Assembly: GCA_964016885.1 (NCBI GenBank)
Contig: OZ024742.1
Coordinates: forward strand, 245,086,001-245,150,000
Direction: 5' to 3'
From: Eledone cirrhosa
Lineage: Eukaryota
DNA: 64,000 nt
The position numbers and the translations under genes are program-made. The notes beneath the pieces are model-generated. The model searched no databases. It was not told where the DNA came from and saw only the letters and a program-made list of their open reading frames with translations. How positions within the stretch are numbered: position 1 is the stretch's first letter; the number at the start of each line of letters is the position of its first letter. This document shows positions 13,370 to 26,952 of the stretch, in pieces.

Positions 13370-13389
13370 TATATGTGTGTATATATATG

Positions 13390-13422
<33 letters not shown>

Positions 13423-13611
13423 GTATATGTATGTATATATATATGTATATATATATATGAATGTATATATATATGTATATATATATATGAATGTATATAT
13501 ATATGTATGTATGTATATATATGTATATATATGTATGTATATGTATGTATATATATGTATATATATGTATGTATATGTATGTATATATGTATATATATAT
13601 GTATGTATATG

Positions 13612-13649
<38 letters not shown>

Positions 13650-13737
13650 TATGTATATATATACGTATGTATCTGTATATATATAGTTTTAATATAGAAG
13701 AGATTCTACAGGACTAGAACAATCTATCATTTCATTC

Positions 13738-14066
13738 ATCGTTTTATTTTACGTCCGCTTTTTCCTGCTTGCAAGGGTGGGACGGGAACTGATTCTGGCT
13801 TGATTTCTACAGCTGGATGCCCTTCCTAACACCAACCTCATTTACAGTGAGTGCTGGGTGCTTTTTTGCCGTGGCACCTCCACGACCACTTTGCAGTGGA
13901 ATGATAGGGACCCCAGTCCCTATCATCTCATTTCTACAGCTGAGTAAACTGGAGCAATGTGAAATAAAGTGTCTTGCTCAAGGAAACAACACATCACCCG
14001 GTCTGAGAATTGAACTCACAACCTTTCGATTGCAAAGTCAATGCTCTAACCACTAAGCCATGTGCC
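13738..14066 (-). mobile_element. Young composite SINE: tRNA-like head + core + hairpin + RTE-derived tail
   Basis: Minus-strand head ggcacatggcttagtggttagagc...gagttcaattc (A/B boxes); RTE-like 3' end; near-identical copies at 27966-28293 and 28606-28936. Confidence 0.85.
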
Positions 14067-14132
14067 TATATGTTTATATATATATATACACATATATATA
14101 TACATATATATACACATATATATACATATACA

Positions 14133-14176
<44 letters not shown>

Positions 14177-14215
14177 GATTATTATACATATACATATATA
14201 TATATATTCATATAC

Positions 14216-14276
<61 letters not shown>

Positions 14277-14294
14277 CAGATATATATATTTATA

Positions 14295-14330
<36 letters not shown>

Positions 14331-14372
14331 CATATATGTATATATACATATATATACATATATATATATACC

Positions 14373-14415
<43 letters not shown>

Positions 14416-14418
<3 letters not shown>

Positions 14419-14700
14419 GAGGCACGTGGCCTAGTGGTAAGGGTGTTGGACTTACGATCATAATGTCATGGGTTCGATTCCTGGGTTGCGTGTGGTGTTC
14501 TTGAGCAAAACACTTCATTTCACGTTGCTCCAGTATACTCAGCTGAAAATGAGTACCAGCAATAGCTGGAGGTTTAACAATGCGATGGACTGGCGTCCTG
14601 TCCAGGGGGAAGTCTTGTACTTTCAGTCGCATCATGCCATGAAACCGGGATAAGCACCGGCCAAATGAGCTTTCTGGCTTAAGACAGACTTTAGACTTTT
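14416..14700 (+). mobile_element. tRNA-derived SINE (related head/core, different tail)
   Basis: A box tggcctagtggtaag, B box ggttcgattcc, core ttgagcaaaacactt...ctcagctgaaaatgagtac. Related fragments at about 1150-1300, 15515-15630, 41895-42005 and 47185-47490. Confidence 0.75.
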
Positions 14701-14701
14701 T

Positions 14702-14762
<61 letters not shown>

Positions 14763-14772
14763 CATATATATG

Positions 14773-14803
<31 letters not shown>

Positions 14804-15058
14804 GTATATATATATACATATATATATATGTATATATATATGTATATATATACATATATATATGTTCTCTTTTAAAAGAGAATAAAAGAGAACATATATA
14901 TATATATATATATATGTTCTCTTTTATTCCCTTTTAAAAGAGAAAATATATATATATATGTATATATATACATATATATATATTTGTATATATATACATA
15001 TATATACATGTATGTGTACATATATATACATGTATGTGTATATATATGTGTATATGTG

Positions 15059-15107
<49 letters not shown>

Positions 15108-15120
15108 ATATATATATGTA

Positions 15121-15165
<45 letters not shown>

Positions 15166-15178
15166 ATATATATATGAG

Positions 15179-15212
<34 letters not shown>

Positions 15213-16165
15213 CATGTATCATCATCATCGTTCAACGTCCATCTTCCACGCTAGCATGGGTTTGGACATATATATGTATATATGTATATAAATATATATA
15301 TATATATACATGTAGTATGTATAGCATGTAGTATGTATAAAATTAGAATTTTATTATTCAGCAAGGCCTGCCATAACTCGCGCAGTATGCAAATGAGGCA
15401 ACTCAGCCGATGTGTACTTAAGAAAATAGTCTATATTTTCAACCGCAGAGGTAAACGGTCCTGATGAAGAGTAATGACATGTTGATTGTTCCTCACAGCC
15501 AATGTTGAATAGACAATGTGAAATAAAGTGTCTTGCTCAAGGAAACAACACATCACCCGGTCTGAGAATTGAACTCACAACCTTTCGATTGCAATGCCAA
15601 TGATCTAACCACTAAGCCATGTGCCTCCAATGTATATATATATATGGCAAAGGAGCTCTTAAGAGTCAATGGCCATCCAAAATCGCCGGGAGAGATGACC
15701 CCCTTAGCCTTTGTCAAGGCAGAATTCATGGAGAAGGAAAACTCTGATATAACACCTGTAGCCCTGATGGTATCCAATGATGTTGACTTGTTCTTCTTTT
15801 TGGTAAATATCATCTTGGTTAAGAGAGTGGGACTGGCTTTGTGCAGTGCCTTTGCTCACTATAGAAGCTTCACGGCACAGGCATTGCTTTATATCTGGAG
15901 ATCTCTCTGCACCTGTCATCACATGGCACCATGGGCCCAGCACTATGTGTCCATAATTGTCACAAGTGTAGTGTTTGTACCAGAGTTTTCAAGTCGCTGG
16001 CTGGACTAAAAATTCACACTCGTTCAGCGCATCGGTAGGGGTTCTCCTACATATAGAGTAGTGGCCGTAATCGAAAACGAGTTGGCAGCCACCATATGTA
16101 TGTATATATATATATATATATAAGCAAGGAAAAGCGGACGTAAAATGATGATGATGATGATGATG

Positions 16166-16195
<30 letters not shown>

Positions 16196-16196
<1 letters not shown>

Positions 16197-19100
16197 ATCA
16201 TCATCATCATCATCATTTTACGTCCGCTTTTCCTTGCTTGCAAGGGTGGGACGGGTCTTATTCAGCACAGCATCTCTCCACTTGTCACAGTCCTTCGTCA
16301 TCTCCACCGTGAGCTTCAATGATCTGAGGTCTGTTCTCACCACCTCCGCTCATGTTTTTCGTGATCTACCTCTACCACCTCTTCCTTCAACTGGCATTTC
16401 CTGGCACTTCTTCACTCATCGGTCATCCTCCATTCGCATCACATGTCCATACCACCGCAGTCTCCTCTCTCGCACACTACATTCTATCCCTCTCAGACAC
16501 AGTTTCTCTCTCAACACATCCATGCTGGGACGTTCACGCACATTGGCATTGCACATCCAACGGAACATGTTTGCCTCATTTCTCTCCAGCCGTCGCATAT
16601 CCTCTGCAGTTGCTGCCCATGTGTCACTACCATGCAGTATCGCGCTCCTCACACAGGCATCATATAACCGGCCTTTCGTACGCAGGGAGAAACCCTTCTT
16701 CGTCAGCAGAGGAAGAAGCTCCCTAAACTTCTTCCAACCCGACCTTATTCTAGATACTATGGCCTCGGAACACCCTCCTCCCATGCTAATCTGATCTCCT
16801 AGGTACCAGAAGCTATCCACCACTTCTATAGCGCCCTCCTGCATTTGAAAAATGTGTCTATCAATGCGACTTCTACTGTTTAATTTCCCTGTACATCTAC
16901 TGCATACATATTTATCCCTACCTATTAGTTTGCCTGCTATCCCGCTACATCTCTTGTGTACCTAGGATCTGCATTGTGTGCATTTTATAGAATTTATGCC
17001 AGTTCCTTTTCTGCATATCGAACATGGCCATTTCCCTGATGGAATCAGAGTTTTGTCCTCTTTTCTACTCATCAACACTTTTGTCTTAGCTAGGTTCACT
17101 CTCAGTCCTCTTGCTTCCAACTGCTGTTTCCATAGCCAGAATTTATTCTCCAGCTCCTCTACTGATTCTGCTATAAGAACCAGATCGTCAGCATAGAGAA
17201 GTTCCCATGGACAGCCAGTCTTGAACTCCTCTGTTATGGCTTGGAGGACTATAATGAACAAGAGCAGGCTGAGGACTGAACCTTGATGTACTCCTACTTG
17301 TATCTGGAATTCCTCACTAAACTCCATTCCTACCCTGACTTTACTGAGAGTACCTCTGTACAATGTTTGCAGTGTCCTCACAAGCCATTCCTCAACACCT
17401 AGCTTCCTTAGGGACCACCAGATGACAGATCGGGGTACCCTATCAAAGGCCTTCTCTAGGTCAACAAAGGCTAAGTATAGTGGCTTATTTTTCTCTAAGA
17501 ACCTCTCTTGCAATTGTCTCACCAATAAGAGGGCATCTGTTGTACTCTTCCCAGGCACAAAACCAAACTGCATCTCATCTAGTTTGACCCTTTCTCTAAT
17601 TAGTTGTGCTAATATCCTTTCTGACACTTTCATAACCTGATCCATCAGTTTTATACCCCTATAATTACTCCTCTCCAGAGCATCCCCTTTACCTTTGTAG
17701 CAATTTATGAGAATACTGCTGCACCAGTCTTTGGGTATGACACCACCATATATAGCCTGATTGATGATGCGTGCAACCAGTTTAGTGCCTATGTCCCCTG
17801 ATGCCTTCAGCATCTCAGCAACTATTCCTGATGGTCCAGCAGCCTTACCATTTTTCATTTCCTTAATCGCCTCTTGGACCCTATATTCGTCAATCTCAAT
17901 AGCTGGTCCCTCTGTCGGATCTACCAAGGGTAATTTCTCTCTCTCCCATTCGTTCTCCACATTCATCAGTCTCTCATAAGGACATTTCCAGGCCTCCTTT
18001 TTCTGATCATTCGTGATACTAAGTACACCGGCATCATCCCAGACACATTTATCTCCAACAACATCCTGATTTGCATTGACACACTGCCTTGCAATGTGGA
18101 ACACCACACGCCTCTGATCTTCCCATCGCAGAACATTGGCAAACCTCCTACTCTCCGCCTCCCTGCGTGCTAAGTACACCTGACGTCTAGCTTCTTTCTC
18201 AGCGGCTGTATATCCTTCTCTACTCCCACCCTTTTTCCAAGCCTACCATGCTAGCCTTTTGTCTCTAATGGCCCTATCTACTATGCTGTTCCACCACCAG
18301 GTCACTCTCTGTCTGGTTGGAGCTCTGCTCCAGCCACAAGTTTCATCAGTAGCCTGCAGCAAGTTGTCACGTAAGAAATTCCAGTTATTATCTATGTCAT
18401 ACGTCTCTAAATCGTCTTCTTTTTCGTCATATACAACTTGAAGGGCTTTCCTAAATTTGTATTTTAGTGAAAGGTATTTTAGCTTACAGGCCTTTCTTCT
18501 CCACACCTTCCTGTATGTCTCATTCCATCTCTTGCTTACTGAGATATCACTAATGACTAACCTATGCTGTGGGGTACATTCTTCCCCAGGGTATGCCTTG
18601 GTATTAGACACTATCTGCCTGTCAATCTGGCTTATGTGCTCACCAGATTTGTAGGTTATTAGGTGATTGGCAGGTTTCTGGAAGTTTGTGTTGCAAATAG
18701 TCAATGTACCTGCATCACAAAATTCAAGAAGTCTCACTCCTTCTTCATTTCTTGAGCCGTAACCGTGCTCACCATGTACCCCAGTGTAACCATCATGGAG
18801 CTGTCCAACATGACCATTGAAGTCTCCTGCTAGCATAACGATGTCTCCGTCCTCTGTCATTGTGGTTGTTTGTAAAAGTTGCTCGTAAAAGCAGTCTTTC
18901 TCATCTTTGCCTAGGCCTGCTTGGGGAGCATAGGCAGAGATGATTATCAGTAGTCTCCTGCCTACAACTAATCTAAGCTTAATTATTCAATTACTAACTC
19001 GAACTACCTCTATTGTCTTATTGATCCATTTCTCAGCCAGGAAAATGCCTACTCCCCCTAACCCATCATCCTTACCTACCCAGAATAGCTTATAGCTAAG

Positions 19101-19400
19101 ACGTTTGCCTACGACTAGTCTCGCAGAGGCACCTCTCCATCTCACCCTTGCACGCAGCACACATCCACATGCCTTCTCTCCAGCATCTCCGCTATTTCAG
19201 CAGATCTACCTCTGAGAGTGCCAACATTAAGTGCTGCAACTCTGAGATGCAACGTCTTCATATTTTGTTGTTGTTCCTATTTGTTGCTGTGCTGATAAGC
19301 GTTTTGGCATTGATACACTGGTTGGATGCCCTTCCTAACACCAGCGCCACTTTACAGCATGGACTGGGTGCTTTTATTTGTGCCACCAGCACTAGGGAGG
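16196..19400 (-). mobile_element. Near full-length RTE-clade LINE (APE endonuclease + RT), disabled by stops and frameshifts
   Basis: ORF start near 19261 (MKTLHLRVAALNVGTLRGRSAEIAEMLERR); endonuclease motif GDFNGHVG (ORF 18243-18860); RT motifs QFGF, DLEKAFD, QGSVLS and YADD (ORF 16962-18179); C-terminal RLRWYGHVMRM; (ATG)n tail at 16196-16216. Confidence 0.95.
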
Positions 19401-19472
19401 ATGTCTTACTTGACTCAAGGGCCCTCTCTACCCCTCCATTTTACAGCATGGTCATTAAAAAAAATATATATA

Positions 19473-19527
<55 letters not shown>

Positions 19528-20667
19528 TAAATCATGTCTTTAGAATTATCAGATAAATAAAATATATACCATTTCCTCTCCCAATCAGCATAATTAACCA
19601 TATAAAAAAACCAATTAGACCAAGCTATATATATATATATTTGTGCGTGTGTACATACACACAGTATTATCAGGTCAACCTACAAAATTTATATTTTTAA
19701 GCTATTTATCTCTATTGTTGTTTACAAGAGGTTATGTCTTGAACCTCTATATATGGTCAACCGACTTGCTAAAAACAGCAGCCAAATCTCCTCCCCAAAT
19801 CAAACCTTAGTCTTAAAAACGAAAGGACACATTGGGCAATATAGTCTCTGATATACAAAGAGACAGATGATTGTAGCTGGAACAAAGTTGAGGGGGGGCT
19901 AAACAATAATAACCTATAGATGACACCCATCCCTAAGCTATGTCAGAAGATATATTATTGTATGTAGGGTTGTGGGTATGTTGGGGGAGACAAGATTTTA
20001 AGGGCTGCTAGAAAGATAAAGTAGCAAGCCACCTTACTGACCTACTAAAAAGTTCTTCAGTGATAAAACTGTCAAACTAATTTGACCAGTAGCAGATAAG
20101 GAAAGCAGCTGATTTGTTAGCCCTTGGTTTATGGCAGGAAGACAAAGTAGCCTAGACTTTGTGAACAGATAGATTTTGATGTAGTGATTGTATTAGTAGT
20201 AATAGTAGTAGTAGTTATTGTTGTTCCAGTTAATAAATATTTTGTCTGTTATGTGTGGGAGGTTTTGGTGCTTTAATAGAAAGAATATTCAATCATCACT
20301 ACCCCAATAGTATGAGCCCAGCCCATCCCAGTCATGTCAGGACAGTGTGGGAGAAGGCTCTCTGGTGTGCAGACCTGTAGGTGCAAGCTGCCATATGGTC
20401 TCAGCTGTCAGAAGGGATAAAATGTTACCCCAAAGATACCAAGTAAAATACATTGGAATAGCCATTTCAATTCATGGATCTTACTCCTGGGGATGGCCAA
20501 TTCCATCCTCATAAGTGAGTAAGAAGGTGGTTCAGGGACCAATAACACTGGAAGTCTTCATTACTACAGATGCAACATATTATTGGAAATAATATGTTAT
20601 TCCGGGCAGACAGGAGCCACTCCTTGTGATGGTAAAGAGGTTTGCCTGATACAATCACGATAACATA

Positions 20668-22420
20668 TCATCATCATCATCATCACCGTTTTACGTCCGT
20701 TCTTCCACGCTAGCATGGGTTAGACGGGTTGTCCTGTTGTGGGCAGTGTCTGGTCGGCTGACCATGCCTTGCTCATACAGGAACTGATTTGGCTTCATTT
20801 CTACAGCTGGATGCCCTTCCTAACACCAACCTCATTTACAGTGAGTGCTGGGTGCTTTTTCGTGGCGCCTACACGTCCACTTTACAGTGTGGGCTGGGTG
20901 CTTTTTTGCCGTGGCACCTCCACGACCACCTTGTGGTGGGGGTGTGGGGGCATATTGTCTATATGCTTCAGCTTGTACCCATGGGAGGTCGGGTACTCTG
21001 TATTACTGCGTGACGCCAGAGGTCACGGTCGTGTGTCATCGCCTTTGAGAGGTGTAATTGGGTAAGGTCGGCTTTTATCACCTCATCCCAGGTCTTCTTG
21101 GGTCTCTCCACTCTGCAGTTTCCATCGACTTCTAGTGCTCTGCACCTTTTTATGCAGCTGTCATCCTTCATACGCATCCCATGTCCATACCAACGCAACC
21201 CCCTCTCCTGCACACAGCATTTGATTCCTCTTATGCTCAGACTCTCTCTCAATTCATTTATACTTTGCCGTTCGCGTATATTACTATTACACATCCTTCG
21301 GAGCAGGCAGGCTTCGTTTCTTTCTAATCTATGCAAGTCTTCCACAGACAGCACCCAGGTCTCACTACCATGCAACATCGCTGTTCGGATACACGCATCA
21401 TACAGTCTGCCTTTCATTTTGAGGGAAAAGCCTTTTGCAGCTAGCAGTGGTAGTAGTTTCCTAAACTTCTTCCATCCCGTTCTTACCCTAGTTATTGTAC
21501 TTTCTGAACACCCACCTCCGCTGCTAATTCGGTCACCTAGGTAGCAGAAGCTGTCTACTGTTTCTACAGAGCCCTCCCAAAGATTAGTGGTACTTGTTTC
21601 CTGTGGCTGTTTGCTGCTTGCTGTCCCAGCACAGCTGCTGCATGTGAAGCCTACATTCTTAATTAAGCTTCCTGAGATCCCGTTACCCATTGTTTGCATT
21701 TGGGGCAGAGAATGGAGTTCCTACCTACACCTTTCCTACATACTGAGCAAGGCCATTTCCCTGAGGGGATCTGGGTTCTGTTTTCTCGTCTACTTACAAG
21801 GACCTTAGTCTTTGTCATGTTGACTTTGAGACCCTTTCTTTCTAGTCCCTGCTTCCAAGTTTGGAATTTCTTCTCTAGTTCTACCATAGATTCAGCTATA
21901 AGTGCGAGGTCATCAGCATACAGGAGTTCCCATGGGCATCCGGTCTTAAACTCCTCCGTTATTGCCTGCAGGACTATAATGAACAGGAGGGGGCTAAGAA
22001 CAGAGCCCTGGTGGACCCCACCTGTACGCTAAATTCCTCGCTATACTCATTGCTAATCCTAACTTTGCTGACTGCTCCCCTATACATGGTTTGTGCTGCT
22101 TTTACAAGCCATTCATCTACTCCTAGTTTTCTAAGAGTCCACCAGATTACAGCACGTGGAACTCTGTCAAAGGCTTTCTCAAGGTCGACAAATGCCAGGT
22201 AGAGTGGCTTACTTTTAGCTAGGTACTTTTCCTGTAAGTGCCTCACAAGGAAGAGGGCATCAGTGGTGCCTCTTCCTGGTACAAACCCAAATTGCATCTC
22301 GTCTAGTTTCACCCGGTCCCTAATCAACTGTGCTATAACTCTTTCTGTTACTTTCATGACCTGGTCCATCAGCTTTATACCTCTATAGTTTCCTCTATCG
22401 AGTGCATCACCTTTACCTCG
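20668..22420 (-). mobile_element. 5'-truncated RTE-clade LINE with a long 3' UTR and (ATG)n tail
   Basis: RT motifs in ORFs 21974-22444 (QFGFVPG, DLEKAFD), 21663-21887 and 20968-21699 (LRWYGH); frameshifted; 3' UTR ends ...cggacgtaaaacggtgatgatgatg. Confidence 0.92.
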
Positions 22421-22544
22421 CCATGATTCTCTGTCTAAAATCATCCTTCAAGACACAGTTGAGGGAGGGTGAAAAAGAGGCAGAGAAAGAAAATCCTAAT
22501 CTAACAACATCAAGGACTGGACAGATCACAACACCATGACCCTT

Positions 22545-22890
22545 CTCTCCAAATATTGGTCACTCTCCGACAGGTTTGCAGTGGAACCCATAGCAGTGGA
22601 GACTTCTGGTGTCTTTGGCCCTAGTACCTCCTCCCTATGCACTACCATTGGTACGTAGTTGGCTACCCGCAGGTGTGAGCCCTGCGAGCTGCAATGGTCC
22701 TTCCAGCACGTTTCCCTCAACATCCTCCAAGGAAAAGCCTTTTCTATTCTGTCAACCGAGGCTACGGAGCAACCAGCGTGTAGACCCCCCCCCCCCATTT
22801 GCTCATAATAGTGAGAGATGGGGAGAGCAGGAGAGGCAGTGATAGTGGGAGTTTGGTTTGATTGTGTTCAGACCTGGTGTATATGTATAT
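22545..22890 (+). mobile_element. CRE-like (restriction-endonuclease-like) non-LTR retrotransposon C-terminal fragment
   Basis: Manual translation SKYWSLSDRFAVEPIAVETSGVFGP...WSFQHVSLNILQGKAFSIL resembles the PxAxETxG...QRxSxAxxRGNAxxI C-terminus of CRE-clade elements. Confidence 0.65.
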
Positions 22891-24159
22891 ATTTATTTAC
22901 CACACCACATTAATAATCATCATATATCTCTTTGTGGTCAAATTTCTATACAAAATGATGGAGGATAGAAAACTCTTGTGTCATCCTGCTCATGTTGGAA
23001 GATGAGTCTCCTGTAGTATCCCAAACTCAATCCTATGTTAACTCCTTCATCCCAACTTTTCCTATGTCTACCTTTAACAGTTTCTATCAACTTCAGTCTT
23101 CTCTCTTGCTCTTCTGTTGCTTCTCTTCTGTTGCTCCACTTTTCTCTCATTTTATTAATGCTTTTATCTAAGGTTTATGTAAGAACCTTTGTTAAGTTAT
23201 GTTCCTCAAACCAAATTAATAATAGGGAAGTTAGTTATATTACTAGATCCTCAAATTCCTTAATATTTTTAAAATTATTTGAAAATTATAGATAGTATTT
23301 TTCAAGAGAAATTAGGTAATGAAATGGTTGAATTACTTTCTATAGCAACAATAAAATGAAACAAATTAAGAACCTTCATTAATGATTTATTGTTGAATTA
23401 TCAGAACTCAGTCAAATTAAGTATTTTATTGATTTTCTTGCTTAAGAATGTCAGGTATTTTTCAAAGTTACTGCTGAAACAAGTACATCAATGATTATGA
23501 GTACAAAGGTGAATGTATAATTAAGGTATAGAATCTGTTGGTTCTTTAACAACTAACCATAAATGTCCAATTTTCTCTGACAGGCACTATTAATTATATT
23601 CTTAGTTGGCGAGCATTTAATGACAGTTTCACTTGGAATATTCTACTAATTTCCCTAAAAATGAAATGTTAGCTTTTACGTTCAGAGTTCAAATCCCACC
23701 AAGGTTAGCTTTGCCTTTCCTCCTTACGGGGTCGATAAAATAAAACACCAGTAACGCACAGGGGTCAATTTAATCGACTTTCCCCTCTCCCCAAATTGCT
23801 GGCTTTGTGCCTAAAGTAGAAATAATTATTGTCTTTGATATTTCCATCCAGGCTTGTCACTGGGGGTGAAAGGGAGAGGCACTGGATGACTTTGATACTT
23901 CCATCAAGGCTTATTGTGGTGGTGGTGGTGGGGGGGGGGGGGGAGCAAGGTACTGGATGACATTCTCCCCTACTTTTAAACGATGCTCTCTAGGATTTAA
24001 AAATATTAACAGCGACATGCTTATTCTGAAAGTTTCCATCTTAGAATTATGCCGACATAGAATCCTCCAAAACCCTCCCTGAGCTACAAAACTTCACAGT
24101 GGTCCTGCTTCCATCTAAGTAACATGTTCGTCTATCTAATACGTAGCATGGCATATTAA

Positions 24160-24690
24160 TTATACAACAGTTGTTTACTTCACTCAGAGGTAATATGTTC
24201 TGGAACCAACCGTGATAAATGAAAATCTGCGAGAGACCATAAAGACAACCGTTGTTTTCATAGTTTATGCCTTAAAATACCTCTCCTACACACTTTAAGT
24301 ACATATAAACTCATTAAAACACACTTTTGTATTTAAACACCAAAAACAGTCAGTAACGATCGTACCACTAGTTACCAATGACAATCATTACCAGCCATAT
24401 TAGCCCTTTGGTAATACACTGCACATCTCCCGTCAATCTATGAAGGGTTTATAGTAGTTTATTCCTTACGCTACACACTTCAATCACATTGAAACTTATC
24501 TAATGAGTTTAAATTTTAAACACTTTTTATTCAGACATATGTACCGTGATAAGAAAATAGATATGTTTTAACAAAAAATCCGTGATGTAGCGAGGATTAC
24601 CGCAGTAGGAAATTAGATACATTCCAAAGAAAAATCCACAATGTAGCGGGACCGTGAAAAATGAACCGCGATATAGCGGGGGATTACAGG
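24160..24690. mobile_element. pogo/Tigger-type non-autonomous DNA transposon (decayed)
   Basis: Right end aaaaatcc.c.atgtagcgggaccgtgaaaaatgaaccgcgatatagcgggggattac resembles Tigger-like termini; left end degenerate. Confidence 0.55.
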
Positions 24691-24914
24691 ACTACCGTTT
24701 CACATTTTACATCTTAAGAGCTGCAGATATTTTTCATTGGAATGTAAAATATTTCACTTTTACTTCTTTATTTAGATAGACTTGTCCATCAGATCCGGGT
24801 TCATTAAGTATCTTATTCTGAGAGTTTCTCACATAGAACTCATGAGATATTTACTCTCTTCATTTATTTCTCTTTCTTTAGTTTTTTTTTTTGTTTTTAA
24901 TTTTTTTAATACAT

Positions 24915-26952
24915 CTATACATTCATTCATCACACATATTTACATATAGAGTTATATACATACATTCATCACACATATATACATATAGAGTTATATACAT
25001 TCATCATAGATATATATATACATATAGAGTTATATACATTCATCACACATATATACATATAGAGATATATACATTCATCACACATATATACATATAGAGA
25101 TATATACATTCATCACACATATATACATATAGAGATATATACATTCATCATAGATATTTACATATAGAGTTATATACATACATCATAGATATATATACAT
25201 ATAGAGATATATACATTCATCACATATATATATATATACATGTATACAGATATATACATTCATCACACATATATACATGTATACATATAGTGATATATAT
25301 ACACTCATCACACATATATACATATATACATATAGTGATATATATACACTCATCACACATATATACATGTATACATATAGTGATATATATACACTCATCA
25401 CACATATATACATGTATACATATAGTGATATATATACACTCATCACACATATATACATATATACATATAGTGATATATATACACTCATCACACATATATA
25501 CATGTATACATATAGTGATATATATACACTCATCACACATATATACATGTATACATATAGTGATATATATACACTCATCACACATATATACATATATACA
25601 TATAGTGATATATATACACTCATCACACATATATACATGTATACATATAGTGATATATATACACTCATCACACATATATACATATAGTGATATATATACA
25701 CTCATCACACATATATACCTATATACATATAGTGATATATATACACTCATCACACATATATACATATATACATATAGTGATATATATACACTCATCACAC
25801 ATATATACATATATACATATAGTGATATATATACACTCATCACACATATATACATATAGTGATATATACACTCATCACACATATATACCTATATACATAT
25901 AGTGATATATATACACTCATCACACATATATATATGTATACATATAGTGATATATATACACTCATCACACATATATACATATAGTGATATATACACTCAT
26001 CACACATATATACATATATACATATAGTGATATATATACACTCATCACACATATATACATATATACATATAGTGATATATATACACTCATCACACATATA
26101 TACATATAGTGATATATACACTCATCACACATATATACATGTATACATATAGTGATATATATACACTCATCACACATATATACATGTATACATATAGTGA
26201 TATATATACACTCATCACACATATATACATGTATACATATAGTGATATATATACACTCATCACACATATATACATGTATACATATAGTGATATATATACA
26301 CTCATCACACATATATACATATATACATATAGTGATATATATACACTCATCACACATATATACATATATACATATAGTGATATATATACACTCATCACAC
26401 ATATATACATATAGTGATATATACACTCATCACACATATATACCTATATACATATAGTGATATATATACACTCATCACACATATATACATATATACATAT
26501 AGTGATATATATACACTCATCACACATATATACATATATACATATAGTGATATATATATACATATAGTGATATATACACTCATCAGACATGGCATCACTC
26601 AGCAAGACCTTTGTTAGCCGCTCTCCAGCCATCTATTTAAAACTGTATACAGCTATGGTGCGACCACACTTGGAATTCGCATCATCAGTCTGGAACCACT
26701 ATCTTGCTCGGAACATTGACCTCCTGGAAACTGTTCAGAGACGTGCAACCAAGCGCATACCCTCCATCAGACACCTACCATACTCTGAACGCATATATAC
26801 ATATATACATATAGTGATATATATACACTCATCACACATATATACATGTATACATATAGTGATATATATACACTCATCACACATATATACATGTATACAT
26901 ATAGTGATATATATACACTCATCACACATATATACATGTATACATATAGTGA
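24915..26952. repeat. 45-bp minisatellite (catcacacatatatacatgtatacatatagtgatatatatacact), with shorter diverged units at its left end
   Basis: 45-nt period visible from 25261; gives the 15-aa repeat ORFs; interrupted by a CR1 fragment at 26584-26791. Confidence 0.95.
26584..26791 (+). mobile_element. CR1-clade LINE fragment embedded in a minisatellite
   Basis: LYTAMVRPHLEFASSVWN..LARNIDLLETVQRRATKRIP..LPYSER is the typical CR1 RT C-terminal motif. Confidence 0.85.

Larger units (their letters stand above)
11790..15310. repeat. Cluster of long (TA)n/(TATG)n/(TACA)n compound microsatellites interleaved with SINEs
   Basis: Direct inspection; the source of many Y/I/M/C-rich spurious ORFs. Confidence 0.95.

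Noticed and set aside
14416-14490. tRNA-like sequence with A/B boxes
   Set aside because: It continues into a SINE core and lacks a full cloverleaf or acceptor stem; the same applies to the family A heads.
11590-15331. Many ORFs up to 302 aa rich in Y/I/M/C/H
   Set aside because: Translations of (TA)n/(TATG)n microsatellites, which lack stop codons in several frames.
22938-23295. ORFs of 70 and 86 aa
   Set aside because: No splice support or recognisable domain; probably decayed LINE sequence.
25183-26632. ORFs with 15-aa repeats (MCDECIYITICIHVY), superficially Cys/His metal-binding
   Set aside because: Translation of the 45-bp minisatellite, open on both strands.
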